Source: Vairimorpha necatrix (Eukaryota). Taken from it: a stretch of DNA of 64,000 nucleotides. Numbering within the stretch: the stretch's first letter is position 1; every line of letters starts with the position of its first letter. The DNA lies in the NCBI GenBank assembly GCA_036630325.1, contig CP142728.1:744001-808000 (forward strand). Direction: 5' to 3'. Below the pieces are notes generated by a model. The model was not told the origin of the DNA, searched no databases, and worked only from the letters and a program-made list of their open reading frames with translations. Shown here in pieces: positions 38,938 through 50,969 of the stretch. The position numbers and the translations under genes are program-made.

Positions 38938-41900
38938 AAAACTTCGATCTATATGAGTGTCCTTTATATGTGTTATTTAATATGACGTGTTAATTTATTT
39001 TAAATGATTTTTCCAAACATGTCCAAAATTTCAATGTTCTTGTGTTATATGTGTTAAAAGTTTAAATCTTTCTACACTAGCACTACTTATAAAATTATAA
39101 TTTGCACCTGTATCAAAAAATACTGGAACCTTCTCCCCACAAATGTAAACTGAAATTTTCCTATTTAATCAATCTCCAAGTTCTTCGGTAATTTCATTGA
39201 TATTTCTCTTAAGATTATTACTTTGCTTTGGCTTTAGACAATTTCTAACATAATGCCCTAAGCTATTGCAGTTGTAACATTTAGCTGTTTTTTTGTTCTA
39301 TAGTTTAAGAGTAGAAATTTTTTCAATCATCAATTTTAAATCATTAATTCGATGTAATTTAATTGTACACACCCTTCTAATTTCTTGATTGTCTCTAGAT
39401 TTTCGTCTGTAAAACGCCATTTGCCAATAAAATTCCGTTTACATCGCCCATTCCTATTTTAGTCCTGCTGTAATTATATCAATGATTTATTTTTTGCAAA
39501 TTTATACTTTCTAGCTGCATTTCTAACTCTTTCTATAAACATTGGTATAGTTTCTTCATTTTGTTGTACCATACGATATAACTTCCACAGAGTAAGCTTT
39601 TTCGTATCAAATTCGGTTCTAGCCAACTCTTTGCATTTAACGTAACCCATTGAACACTTCCTTTTAGCGTCCATCAACTCGTGGTGCCAAACTACTATTT
39701 AGTACTCAGCTCTTCCAATCGAATATTCAATTTTCCTTTCATCGCACATTTCTCTGAAGAAGTCATATTTTCTAACCTTCTACATTCACTAATCAAATTT
39801 TCCCTTTTGATATTAGTTTTAACTGGCTTTGTATTAATATTCTCCACCATTTTATTTTCAAAGTTCTTTTCTTTCACTTCCTTGCTCATCTTAGAAATTG
39901 GGATAATAAAAATATCGGCAAAATCGATAAACAAATTACATTGTTTTTTAATTTTTATTTTGAAAATAATGTATAACAAATTGATACATAAATATGCTGT
40001 AAAGAGATCTTTTATGTTCTTAATTTTGCAATTCCTACATGATAGGCCCTATAATTTCTTATCAGAGCTTAAAAATCCATATATAATTTTTTATCCAGTG
40101 TAAGGTTAGTAAAACCAATTCTTTAATATCACTTTTTTATGGCTTAATTATATTTCCTAATACTTATACAGAATGATGATATAGCAATGGCCTAAATAGA
40201 CTCTTACGGCATTTTTTATAATTATATATGAAGCACGTTGGTGAATTATACAACGAACGGACCCTTGTAAAATAATCAGATGAGTGTAATGTGACGTAAA
40301 AATGAAGTACTGAAACGAAAAATTCGACATATTGAAAACAATAAGCAGGGGGATTACGTGGATAAAAGAGATATTTAAATGATTTTGAAATGAGGCTTGA
40401 ATGTTAAAAAGGAATGCAATATTTGAAGGTCTTCATGAACAGTTACAAAAAATAACTATTGGTTCCATTACTTAAGGCTTATTTGCAGTTAACTATTATT
40501 TTTTGGACGTACAAGAAAATAAATGAAAGACATTATGTACGATACTGAGTATTTGTTTGGAAAAAACATAATTTTCGGGATTCAACTACATCAAACGTTC
40601 TACAAAAATATCACGGAAAATAGTTTTCATGAGTCCCAAATTTTTGAAGAGTTTGTTTTAAATAAAAGAATTTCAATTACTCTAATTTAAAAAATGGATT
40701 TGGAAATTGATTTTAAACATAAATGGGGATAAAGATGATTATTCAAAGACATAAACTGCATAAAATTTTAAAAATCTAATCCATACAAAAAAGCAACATT
40801 CATGAATTCTCTTAAATAAAACGAATATTTAAAGAATAGTTCTAAAATTTTCTAGGCTACCAACGACGCATATAGAGATAATCTGATATACATGAGAAAT
40901 TGAAAAAAAACAAGACATATCTTCATATGAACTAATTCAGATTTAATTTGTAGTATACACTTCATCATGGTATAACCCCATGCTTTTACTGTGTCATGAA
41001 CATTGATATTTAGACTCTGACCATCATAATTTTTGATAATTTTTTTCTTTTTATACTTTTAAATTCATGGAACATTCGTTAAACAACAAAGTCCTCGAAA
41101 AAAAACCAACCAACAAAATTTTTAATTTTACTTGTAAAACTACATTACATAAAAATTATTATAAATGTTTACTTTAAAAAAAGACGGAATTGTAAAAAAA
41201 TAATATTAAAATATTTAATAAAAAGACACAAACAGCTAAAGAAGAAAAGCTCCACGTAGATAAAAACTCCACCTAAGAGGAAAATTCATTAATAACTGCC
41301 TTATATGCCAACATGCCCCAATGGCCTTGCCTGTGGTGTAATTTCTTATTCCCGTGGGCTGTAGAATCCTAAAAATAAAATAAAAATAAAATGAATAAGA
41401 CTGAATTAGCAAAGCGAAGAAAAACCACCAAGACACTAAAAATTCATGTTTTTCTTTGCTTGTTTGAGGTAGATATAACCCCCACACAGGGTTCCGAATT
41501 ATTTAAGTGTGACCCTTTCAGAACGGCGATGTTTGATTCTTGACATTAAAAATCCCAAATACATGTCGGTGTAGCAATCTCCGCCGTAACCATTAGATTT
41601 AGCTTTAGAAGAACTTCCATTTAGATCTTAAATCGCGTCTAGAATGACCCCATCGGGAAAAAACTTAAAATCGAATAAAAATAAAATGTTTAATGTAAAA
41701 AAGATATCCAGTATCAAAACAAACGTTCATAGATCATCATAATAAGTTTCATACAAAAGGAGGTCAAATCCGCCCAAAGAAAAATACATTCAAAGAAAAA
41801 ACTTAAAGGAAATAATTTCAATAACTTGAATGAAGACATTGTCGTACAAGCTCAAAGGTGTCTACAATCATCTGCATCCGCACACGCCTCCATTGCCCCG

Positions 41901-44900
41901 TCACACCACCATCCCAGCATTTTATTGGACAGTGTTAACCATTAGTCTTTATTACTTTCGGTCGCGTATGTTACAGAATACGATAGAATAGGGCTCGTGG
42001 GTGACTTTTGCTCCACGTCGTTAAATATAAAGGTTAGCTTTTGAAACATAACCCAGATGCACCTGCCATAGTCCATACTAGAACATTCATTGCAGATATT
42101 TTTATGTATTGATACGTTATCACAAGCGTGATGTGGTTTTCGGCCATAAAATGTTTTTTAACACATGATTATTATCTTTTATGTCTATTAAAAAAAATTA
42201 AAATTGTTTATTGTAAAAAAGACAGAATCAGCAAAACGAATAAAAGCCTCTAAGCCACAAAATCCCACCAATAAAGAAAAAATCATCAAAAATTGCGTTT
42301 ACACGCCAGCATACCTTAACAATTTCGCTCGTAGGAGAAAAGTTTGTTTATATAGGATACATCCTTAGTCATAATATGACCAGAGGCCCCCTTTTATGAG
42401 TCTGATGAAAAACGAAAACACCTGGATCAATACACCATTTAAGAACACGACTCAGTTCAGTGGAACAATACAGCATCAGTATCATGCCCGACCTCTCCCA
42501 GGTCAAATCTAATTAATTACAAGTCATGTTGTTAATAAATCAAACACCCTTTCTTCTATTTCTAGATCTTAGTTTTTTTTTAATTATTCTATATTAATTA
42601 TCTTGTTTTGCTATATATTTAAGTTTGATATTAAATATGATTTTCCATGAGACAACCATCTTGTCTTAGTAATCTATAATATCACAGAGTTCTTTTATCT
42701 TATCTGGGTTGTTTTTTAATCCGATTTTATTACCGAGAAGTAGTTTAGTTTTTTCTTGGACATTTGTTTTTGAACAAGTCAGTAAAGGCAGTTTATTTTC
42801 AAAAGATGTTCTAATGTCAGTTAACTAGACGCACTCTAGCAGAAAGTGTTCTAAATTTTCTTGTGGTCCATCACACAAAAAGCATTTATTTCTATAACTC
42901 ATTGGTATTCTTTTTGAATTGGCTATTGCTGAAACACCTTACGAGAATACATCTCAATCTAGTATATGTTCTAATGTTTCTATTATTTATTTTGTTCATG
43001 ACATATTTTATTTGTAAATTTCTTATGTCATATTGGTTTGCTATTGATGCAGCTAAAGAAGTATTTAGAGTTTTTCGAATTCTTAGTACATCAATTATTT
43101 TTGTAGTGATAAATCTACTATCACTTGATTCATATTCGTTGCCGACGAATTGTTTAAACCATCTTTGTTTTCTTGAATACCAAGTAGTTTTTCTTTCTTT
43201 CGGATTGATTAAAATTATATCCGATATGATTGTCTTATTGTGTTTCCTAAAAAAAAAAAAACTAAAAAACTTTTATTGTTATTAAAGAAAAGCCACCCAG
43301 CAAATAAAAACTTCAACAGCCAATAACTTGTGATACACACCAGCATACCATAAAGGCCTTGCTTGTAGGAGAAAAAATATCCCTTAGGATTAGAACCACA
43401 AACATTCCTGTCTGTGACCTGCGTTCAGCAGGGTTCTAAGAGAATAACACGTCTGACCTACTCGTCAGTTAAGAACCTAACTAGTTCAACGTAAATGCTA
43501 CGGCACCAGCAGCTTGCCATACCTCCCCCAGGTAAAAGTGTGTTTTTTTTCTTCTAGATTTCTCTAGATCTGTTCTGGCTTACAAGCCTCTCCTTTATTC
43601 GTATAACGATATATCGTTGTACAATCATCTTGTCTAAGAACTCTACTCTTACAAGTAGAGACTTTTTTTTTATCAAAAGAAGCTTTGATGCCATTGATGT
43701 TACCAATAATCATCTTAACTAGCTCCTCTTTTGTTTGAGTTGAAGATCTCAACTCAGATATTTTATTCTCATATAGAGATCTTGTGTTAGAGAGCGTCGG
43801 ACAGTCTAACAAGAAGTGTTCAAGGTCTTCTCGTTCTCCCTCACATAAGAAACAATGAGTCCTATAAAAAGGAGGGATTCTGTTGGCAATAGCCAAAGCA
43901 GAAGACCATCTGACTAAATTACACCGAAGCCTGGTGTAATTCCTGATCTGCCTGTTGTTTACTTTTGATAGTATGTGCTTAATCTGCGAGTCACAGATTC
44001 CATACTTATCTGCTACTAGAGCACCTAAGGTGGTGTTGTAGGAACCCCTTGCCTTAAGTACCTCTAAAATCTTGTTCTTGTCTATAATGTAGGCAATGCT
44101 TTCATAATCGTTCCCGATATATCTCTTACACCAACGTCTAGTCCTCGAACTCCTCGTTGTTTTCCTTTCCCTCGGAGGTTGGTTAATAAATTCCGAGATA
44201 ATGGTTTTATTGTGTTTCCACTTCCTTAATGCCCTAAATCTACTTAGGGCCGCCTGTATGTGAACTCTATTCTACAAAGTTCGTCCATTATCCTATCTAA
44301 TGGCACTATCTTGGTTCGAAATTTCATTCGGATCGCTTTTCTTAGGATTCTATTGATCCCACCAGACCTTATACTAGACATCCCCCATAATTCACTTCCG
44401 TACATTAGTGGGAAAAAACACATTTTTTATTAATATACCTTTAAAAGCTATATTGATTCCTTTATTTAGAAGCTTTGGTTTTAAGACTTCTAAAGCTTTT
44501 TTGCCTCTGAAGGCTCCATCTCTTACTAGGTGTTCTTCTAAAGTAGATCTTTTTATAAGAACACCCAAATACCTGTATTCGGCGACTTCACCGATTTTTC
44601 CAAAGTCAGTCCTGATAGCGACATCTACAGACTCGGATATATTACTGGCATCCCATACTAAGATACCACTTTTGTCACAGTTGATCTCCATACGATTCTC
44701 AACTGCCCATCTGCTGACTTGACATACTTTGTGTTTCAAATCAGCAAGAGTAATGCCTAGAACTACGATGTCATCTGCAAACATCCGTCCGGGCAGGCTT
44801 ATATTTGAGCGAGGAACGCTCAATCCTGTCATGCCGTCAAAAATATCATTTATGAATAGATTGAACAGCGTAGGAGAACAGGGGCACCCCTGTCTCACAC

Positions 44901-46084
44901 CTTTTTTGTAGAGATATCCACTACTTGTGTCTCCGATATACGGATTCTCATCTTAGTATTTCCATAGATATCTTTCAATGTGTTTATAGGATATCTTGGA
45001 ATACTATACCTTTCTAGCTTATTAAATAGTAGCTCATGGCTAACATTGTCGTAAGCTTTTTCAAAGTCAATAAAACATAGAAATGTTTGTTGACTTCGAA
45101 ATTCTCTTCTTTTAACCACCTCCAGCAAGGTTGCAATCTGATTCATACATTCTTCTCCTGCTCTAAATCCGGCTTGGAAAGGAGAAAGAATGTTCTTTTC
45201 TTCAACAAACTGTGTAAGTCTGTCGTTTACTATTTTTAAGTAAATTTTGCTTATTGTGTTAATTAGCGCAATTCCTCTATAGTTGTTGAGATCTGACACA
45301 TCTCCTTTTTTATGGAGGCAAATCATGTCAGCAGCACTCCAGCTAACAGGAGGGCTGTCTCCTGTTAGTATTCTGTTGAACTCGATCACAAGGAACAGAG
45401 GTAGTTTTTTATCTACTAAACTAGGTTTAAGTAGTATCTTGTATAGCTTGGTTGGAATCTCATCCGGCCCAGCTGCCTTGTTGTTGACACAGTTATTAGT
45501 GGCTCTCAGTAAATCCTCCATAGTGATGTTCTCTGGAGTATCCCTTTCGATATTTTTTTGATAGACATTTTCAACGTCTGAAATTGAGTTAGCTAGATTA
45601 GCGTAAAAGTCATTGGCTATCTCTAACTTCTTTTTATGCTCGTTATGAGCCATGCCTGATACATCTTTCAAACAAACATTGTATAATCTAACAGTAACGT
45701 TAGAAGAACTTTTCAACCATTTCCAGAAGTCTCTGGATCTGTTACTTTTATAGAGCTCAATGCCCTTGAAGGCCCAAAGTTTGGCTCGATCTTTCCGAAC
45801 TTTTATCTTTGTTGCCTTAATTTTATCCTTCAGTAACATGTACCTATGCACATACGTTACGGACCTATTCGTTAGCATACGCTTAGTAGCATATCTAAAA
45901 CTTTTAAAGACATTTACGTGTCTCCATCTGATGGGCAGCCCTTTGAATGTCCCCACTTTACTGTATATCTTGGAGGATATACAAACGTCTTTTAAAACTC
46001 TAGAGAGTTCATCTAGTGTGAATGTTTTTTCATTCAACTTTCTTGAAAGCTTAGCTTCCATTCCTGGATGCTCAAGTTTCTTCC

Positions 46085-46927
46085 GGGTGAAGGATACTTT
46101 AGACCCCACCCCCCCCCTTTGAAGCGCTTCAATTTTTTTTTCGAACCCCAAAATTGAAGTGCAAAAAAAAAGAGGAGCAAGAAAGGGACAAAAATTTCTT
46201 ATCACTTTAAACATTAAAAATAACAAATAAATATATGCTTTTATACAAAAATTAATTTTAGATTTAGTTATAATAATCATTTGAAGTATTGTGTCTTTTT
46301 TCGCCCTTCTTATTTTTTCAATTTTTTTTAATTGTTGGTTTATTATTAAAGTAGATTTTTGAAGAAAATCTACTTTAATAATAAACCAACAATTAAAATT
46401 ATAAATATTATTTATAAAAGAAAATTTAAATAAATGTTCAACGATCTACACATATTGTTAAATCAAAAAATTTAATTTAAATATGTTAAGTTATAAAGAA
46501 TTATATAGTTTTATGGTTATAATCTTTTTTTAAATTAAATTTCGTATACAAATATATATTTATTTGGTATTTTTACTGTTTGAAGATGCAAGTAATTTGA
46601 GTACTAATGATTGCTTCTCCTTTATTTTGCACTTCGTTTTTGGGGTTCAAAATTATAAAGTGAACACTCTCAGAGGGGAGCGTTTTTGTCCCCAATTCTA
46701 AAAAATCAGAAGGGCAAAATTAGCTTATTGGTTTATATTATTGTAAAAACTTGTATTAAAATATAATTGTGTACATAAATATATATTTATTTTGTATTTT
46801 TAATGTTTAAAGTGATAAGAAATTTTTGTCCCTTTCTTGCTCCTCTTTTTTTTTGCACTTCAATTTTGGGGTTCGAAAAAAAAATTGAAGCGCTTCAAAG
46901 GGGGGGGGTCTAAAGTACCCCACCTCC
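46085..46927. mobile_element. Mutator-like non-autonomous element (MITE) inside ORF2
   Basis: About 150-bp TIRs and an exact 9-bp TSD GTTTCTTCC (46076-46084 and 46928-46936). Removing it restores ..VYNRKKLEH.. in ORF2. Confidence 0.9.
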
Positions 46928-49482
46928 GTTTCTTCCTATTGTAGACAAATGGCCGTTCTCTCACTGGAGAAGGAAGAGATGATCACTTACCGTCCATCTT
47001 CGAGAGATTGTTACTTTCTCGTTGTCCTGAATTAAGACCCTAAATATCGTATCAATACGTCTTTTAGAGACTTGTCCATCACTCAGGATTCTTGTCCCTG
47101 GTAATTATGTTATAGTTTATTGCGGGGCTTAACCCTGCGATAGCAAGCTTCTTTTTGAGGGAAGAATCACTAGTATTCATATCCCCCATCACTACAATCT
47201 CCTTGTAGTTTCTTTTATCCTTCTCAATACTAAGAAGGTTAATTACTTTACTTAGAGTTTCGGCCTTTAACTCTCTCTCTTGTGGAACGTAAACATTGAT
47301 TATTAAGACCTTTGTCCATCCTGTACTAGTTTTGAATTCAACGACAGTTTGTAGAATATTGTCGTCATCCCCCTTTTTGGAACATCTTACTGCCCCGTCT
47401 TTTCTGACTAGAGTCATTAGACCCGGCCGATTCTTTCCTATGGCTGGTGTCTCCACCACCATATACTTTTCTAGTCTCGTAGAACCTGAGGATTTCATCC
47501 AAGTTTCTTGAAGACACAAGACTGTTGGCTTTTCTACTTTAAGGAGGATTTCCAAGTCCTCCTTCTTTCCGTAGAAATGGGTGATGTTAAGACTATAGAG
47601 CTTGGCCTTCTCTGTGGACTTGCATCTTCTTTTATTCTCCACCCTATCACGAGTTACAATTTCTTTTAATATTTCTAGGCCAAGTATATCCATGGCTTCA
47701 GAAATTTCTTTTTTTCTTGACCTTCTGACTACGCAGAAGGTGAAGTTAGCATCTTTTCTGCGATGCTTTCTGGTATAGATAAGAGAGTCCGAAATCCCGT
47801 TGACACTCTGTCTAACTGTTGTCGGAGTTCTTCTCTATTGATATGGTTGGCCATTGTTTTAACTAGACACAACCCCTTTTGAATGCTTGTTCTCGGCATT
47901 CTAGCTTTTACCATGATATAGACATGAGATTTAAATCTCAGTTTACATCCATTACTTTTATTAGTAAAGTTACTAACTTTTGGTGAATTGTTGGGTAGAC
48001 AATTAATTTTGGTACAGCTAAGAAGCAGTATAACTTGTTTTTTATTAAAATATATATTATTTAATAAAAATCTTTTAATAACAGCATTTTTAAAACTGTT
48101 CATTGTGATTTTTACTATCAACTTTCCTGTCTTTCCCGAGATGTTCAAAGTTTAACTCGGATAGAAAGAACTCTTCATGGCTTACTGTAGGCTTGTCAGA
48201 TAGACCGTTTTTTATAACTTTTACTGCCTTATCGACAGGCACATACTTCCTCCAATTTTGACGAAGATCGGAGAATATTTTCGTCAAAGCTGATCAGTTC
48301 CTAGAGATATAATTGCCTACTTCGTTTTCGGCAACTAATACTCTTACATTTTTGGAAGCGTTCTCAAGAGCTTCTGCAGCTTGAAAGTAGAATTCATCTC
48401 TAATGAGAAAGATTCTACCCTCGCCTTCAATATCTTTTACTAGGGGAATGTTCTTTTCCTCTATGCCTATTCTTTTGGCCCAGGTCTCCCTAATGATGTA
48501 TTCTCCTCGGGGGAAACCATAAGCGACTACAATTTTGTATTTGCAGTCCTTGAGCCTCTTTCCGTTGATTGCTAGGTCTAGCAACTCTTATCTGGATAGC
48601 TTATCTGACCAATTCGGCTGTTTCTTCCTCGATGTGTGAGGAGGAGGACCTTAAGCGAAGAAGTTTTCTTCATCTTGGATTTGCGCTCAGTCATAAATTT
48701 CGACTTCGCACAACCTTTTATAGATGACAGTAACAAATCATCTTTCAGTATTTTTTTACAAGTTTTAGAACTTGAAGCGGGTACTTTCAACTGTTTCGTA
48801 TCACAGTTGAAGTTCTTTTTTATACCTTCTAGGAATGGGGTAAACCTATTGGCATCTGCTGTTTTTGAAGTTTTTAAGGCATCAGCTTTTTTTGAAACCT
48901 TTGGTTCTATATCACAATTTTTAAGAATGATTGTCCAGTCATTCTCCGTCTTTTCTGTTAGAAGAATATTTTTCTTCAACAATTTCCTGTTTCCTTTTAC
49001 GGCGGCGGTTACCTTCCGTAAAAACACATTAATGGTATTGGATGATGGGATCCTTTTACCCGTAACCTTTATTTGCTCTATATCTTGAGCTTTAGAGAAG
49101 ACACCAAACTTCTCCTTTTCCTTTTTTTGATCAGTACGATCAGCATTTTTTGTGATTGGTTCTTCACACTCTCCTTTTTTGCAGTGAGAATCATGTCAAT
49201 TCTCTGCTCTAATCTTTCGTTTGAAGCCTTTAGGGCATCAATTTGTGTGTTGGGTTGGTTTCTCATTACAATAATCTCAATCTCATGCTGCTTCTTCAAG
49301 TTTTTATGCTTGAATCTCTGTTCATTGAGCTCTTCACAGATGGTATCTAAGTACTCCTGATGAATACTTGTCACTCCATGTGAACTCTTACAATAGGAAA
49401 CAAGGCTAGCCATCAGCCCAGCTCTCCCACAGTACCTTTGGTTGGCATTTCTGCCTTCTTCTATCTTTATTCTGTTGAATAA

Positions 49483-49877
49483 AGTCTCTGTTTGGGACCA
49501 GAATTTTATCATTTCTTGGTCTGTGTAAATAGCAGCCTTGCGGAAGCTGCTAACTTCACATTCTGGTTTGTATCCTTCCAATACTAGTGAATTAACACTT
49601 TCTTGTACTCCAGAGGTCAATAAGTCGGCCCCAATCTCGCAAGTTTCTTCCTCCTTTTTTTGCGTTTGGTGAACCCCATAGTCTCTGTTTGTGACCAGAA
49701 TTTTATCAATTCTTGGTCTGTGTGAATAGCAGCCTTGCGGAAGCTGTTAACTTCACAATCTGGTTTGTAGCCTTTTAATACTAGTGAATTAACACTTTCT
49801 TGTACTCCAGAAGTCGATAAGCCGGCCTCAATCTCGCAAGTTTCTTCCTCTTTTTTTTTGCGTTTGGTGAACCCCAT
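49483..49877. repeat. Tandem duplication, two copies of about 197 bp, at the 5' end of ORF1
   Basis: 49483-49679 closely matches 49680-49877; both encode SGVQESVNSLVL.GYKP.CEV.SFRKAAI. Confidence 0.92.
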
Positions 49878-49959
49878 CTATATGGATCAAACTCCTATTT
49901 ACATTGATATGATTCAATCGAGGACATTTTCATTCACCGCCAAAAACACTGAGGCACAT

Positions 49960-50215
49960 TGAGGTTATCACTGGGTATTTTGCCCAGTTTAAAATACATT
50001 TCTAACAATTTTTCATTTGAGGCTCTTCTGGCCTGTATTGGTCTTTGTTTAGTTTCGACCTGTCATCGCTTTACTTATGACTTCTCTTCTCGTAGCTCAT
50101 ACCCTTCTTTTCTTAAATAAATATTTATAAAAAATAAAAACCTAGAAAATTCATTTTTCCTAGAAAAAGTTTTTATAAGAAAAAATGATTTTCTTGAAAT
50201 GTGGATAATACCACA
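49960..50215 (-). mobile_element. Solo LTR of the 27639-31754 family
   Basis: Full-length diverged copy; TSD cacat / catat (4 of 5). Confidence 0.88.
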
Positions 50216-50969
50216 CATATACATGTGGTATCCCAGGAAAACCCTCCCGGATATAAAGTAATATCCTAAAATACTTTTAATAAATTGTTTTTTATTCATA
50301 ACTGTCCTTCTGGACTCTCTGCCATACTGTTCTTTCATTCTCTGTTCCATCTCCTTTTTACGTACCCTTCCTTTTTCTGGAAATTTATTTACAATAAATA
50401 TTTTATATGAAAATTCAATGATAGTTTTGACAAGGAGGGAAATAAGATAAATGTTGAAGACTAACAGTCTACAACAATACAACTAAAAAATCTGCAGACT
50501 AAAATTTTTGTTATTATTACTATTTCTTCAGAAGGACTGTTTTGAGGGGAATGGTTATTTTAAAAGGCCTTAAAAAACCGCCAAATGCTTTGTGCAAAAT
50601 AATCTTTTTGTAGCTACATCTGATCGAGAAACATGGATCAAAATTTGATGTTATTATGGATTCGAGCATGTTTAAACAAATATGGGTCATTTGAAAATAA
50701 AAAAAACTTCTTATTCTTGACAACTATAAATCTCATTATACTGAAAAAGTTATGAAAAGTTTTGCTAGTAATAACATTGATACCTTTTTAATTCACCTAA
50801 AGACTACATCTTATTTACAACCATTAGATGTTTTAATAAATTCTTCATTTAAGGTTGAATTAAAAAGAAAATGGCAGGAATGGCTTGCAAACGGCCCAAA
50901 GGAATATACAAATAAAGGTTATAGGCGTAGATCGAACTGGGGATATATTTTGAATTCAATGAAGGATGC

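Larger units (their letters stand above)
31870..39900 (-). mobile_element. Old degenerate Ty3/gypsy element hosting later insertions (related to the 6-9 kb element)
   Basis: Gag knuckle CYNCNSLGHYVRNC (about 39240-39280), FDTGA (about 39110), RT YVDD (about 36855), and an integrase split by the 32013-35544 insertion (IAIDIIGP on one side, NGCEERFNRT on the other). Confidence 0.8.
43270..49877 (-). mobile_element. Non-LTR retrotransposon (ORF1 plus APE endonuclease-RT-CCHC ORF2), disrupted; clade uncertain
   Basis: ORF2 runs from 47693 to about 43564 with LCLQETW, INVYVP, MGDMN, SDH, NYRGIAL, QAGFR, FIDFEKAYD, RQGCPCSPTLFN, FADD, YRYLG and CFLC...EHFLLDC. Lys-rich ORF1 fragments lie at about 47730-49877. 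Ends approximate. Confidence 0.9.

Noticed and set aside
40200-42100. Possible Helitron or other TE relics
   Set aside because: No diagnostic motif or terminus could be supported by eye.
42395-42460. Hammerhead ribozyme (CTGATGA..CGAAA)
   Set aside because: No stem II and no stem III with a proper NUH site; the core is not conserved in the homologous copy at about 43430.
42863-43285. Hydrophobic ORFs as membrane proteins (also 39681-40103)
   Set aside because: Non-ATG starts, and T-rich antisense of A-rich degenerate sequence.
43425-43480. Minus-strand hammerhead-like CTGACGA with flanking stem
   Set aside because: The required GAAA is absent.
44895-46280. 461-aa ORF as an independent gene with a hydrophobic N-terminus
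   Set aside because: The N-terminus is read from the inserted MITE's TIR; the rest is the non-LTR RT.
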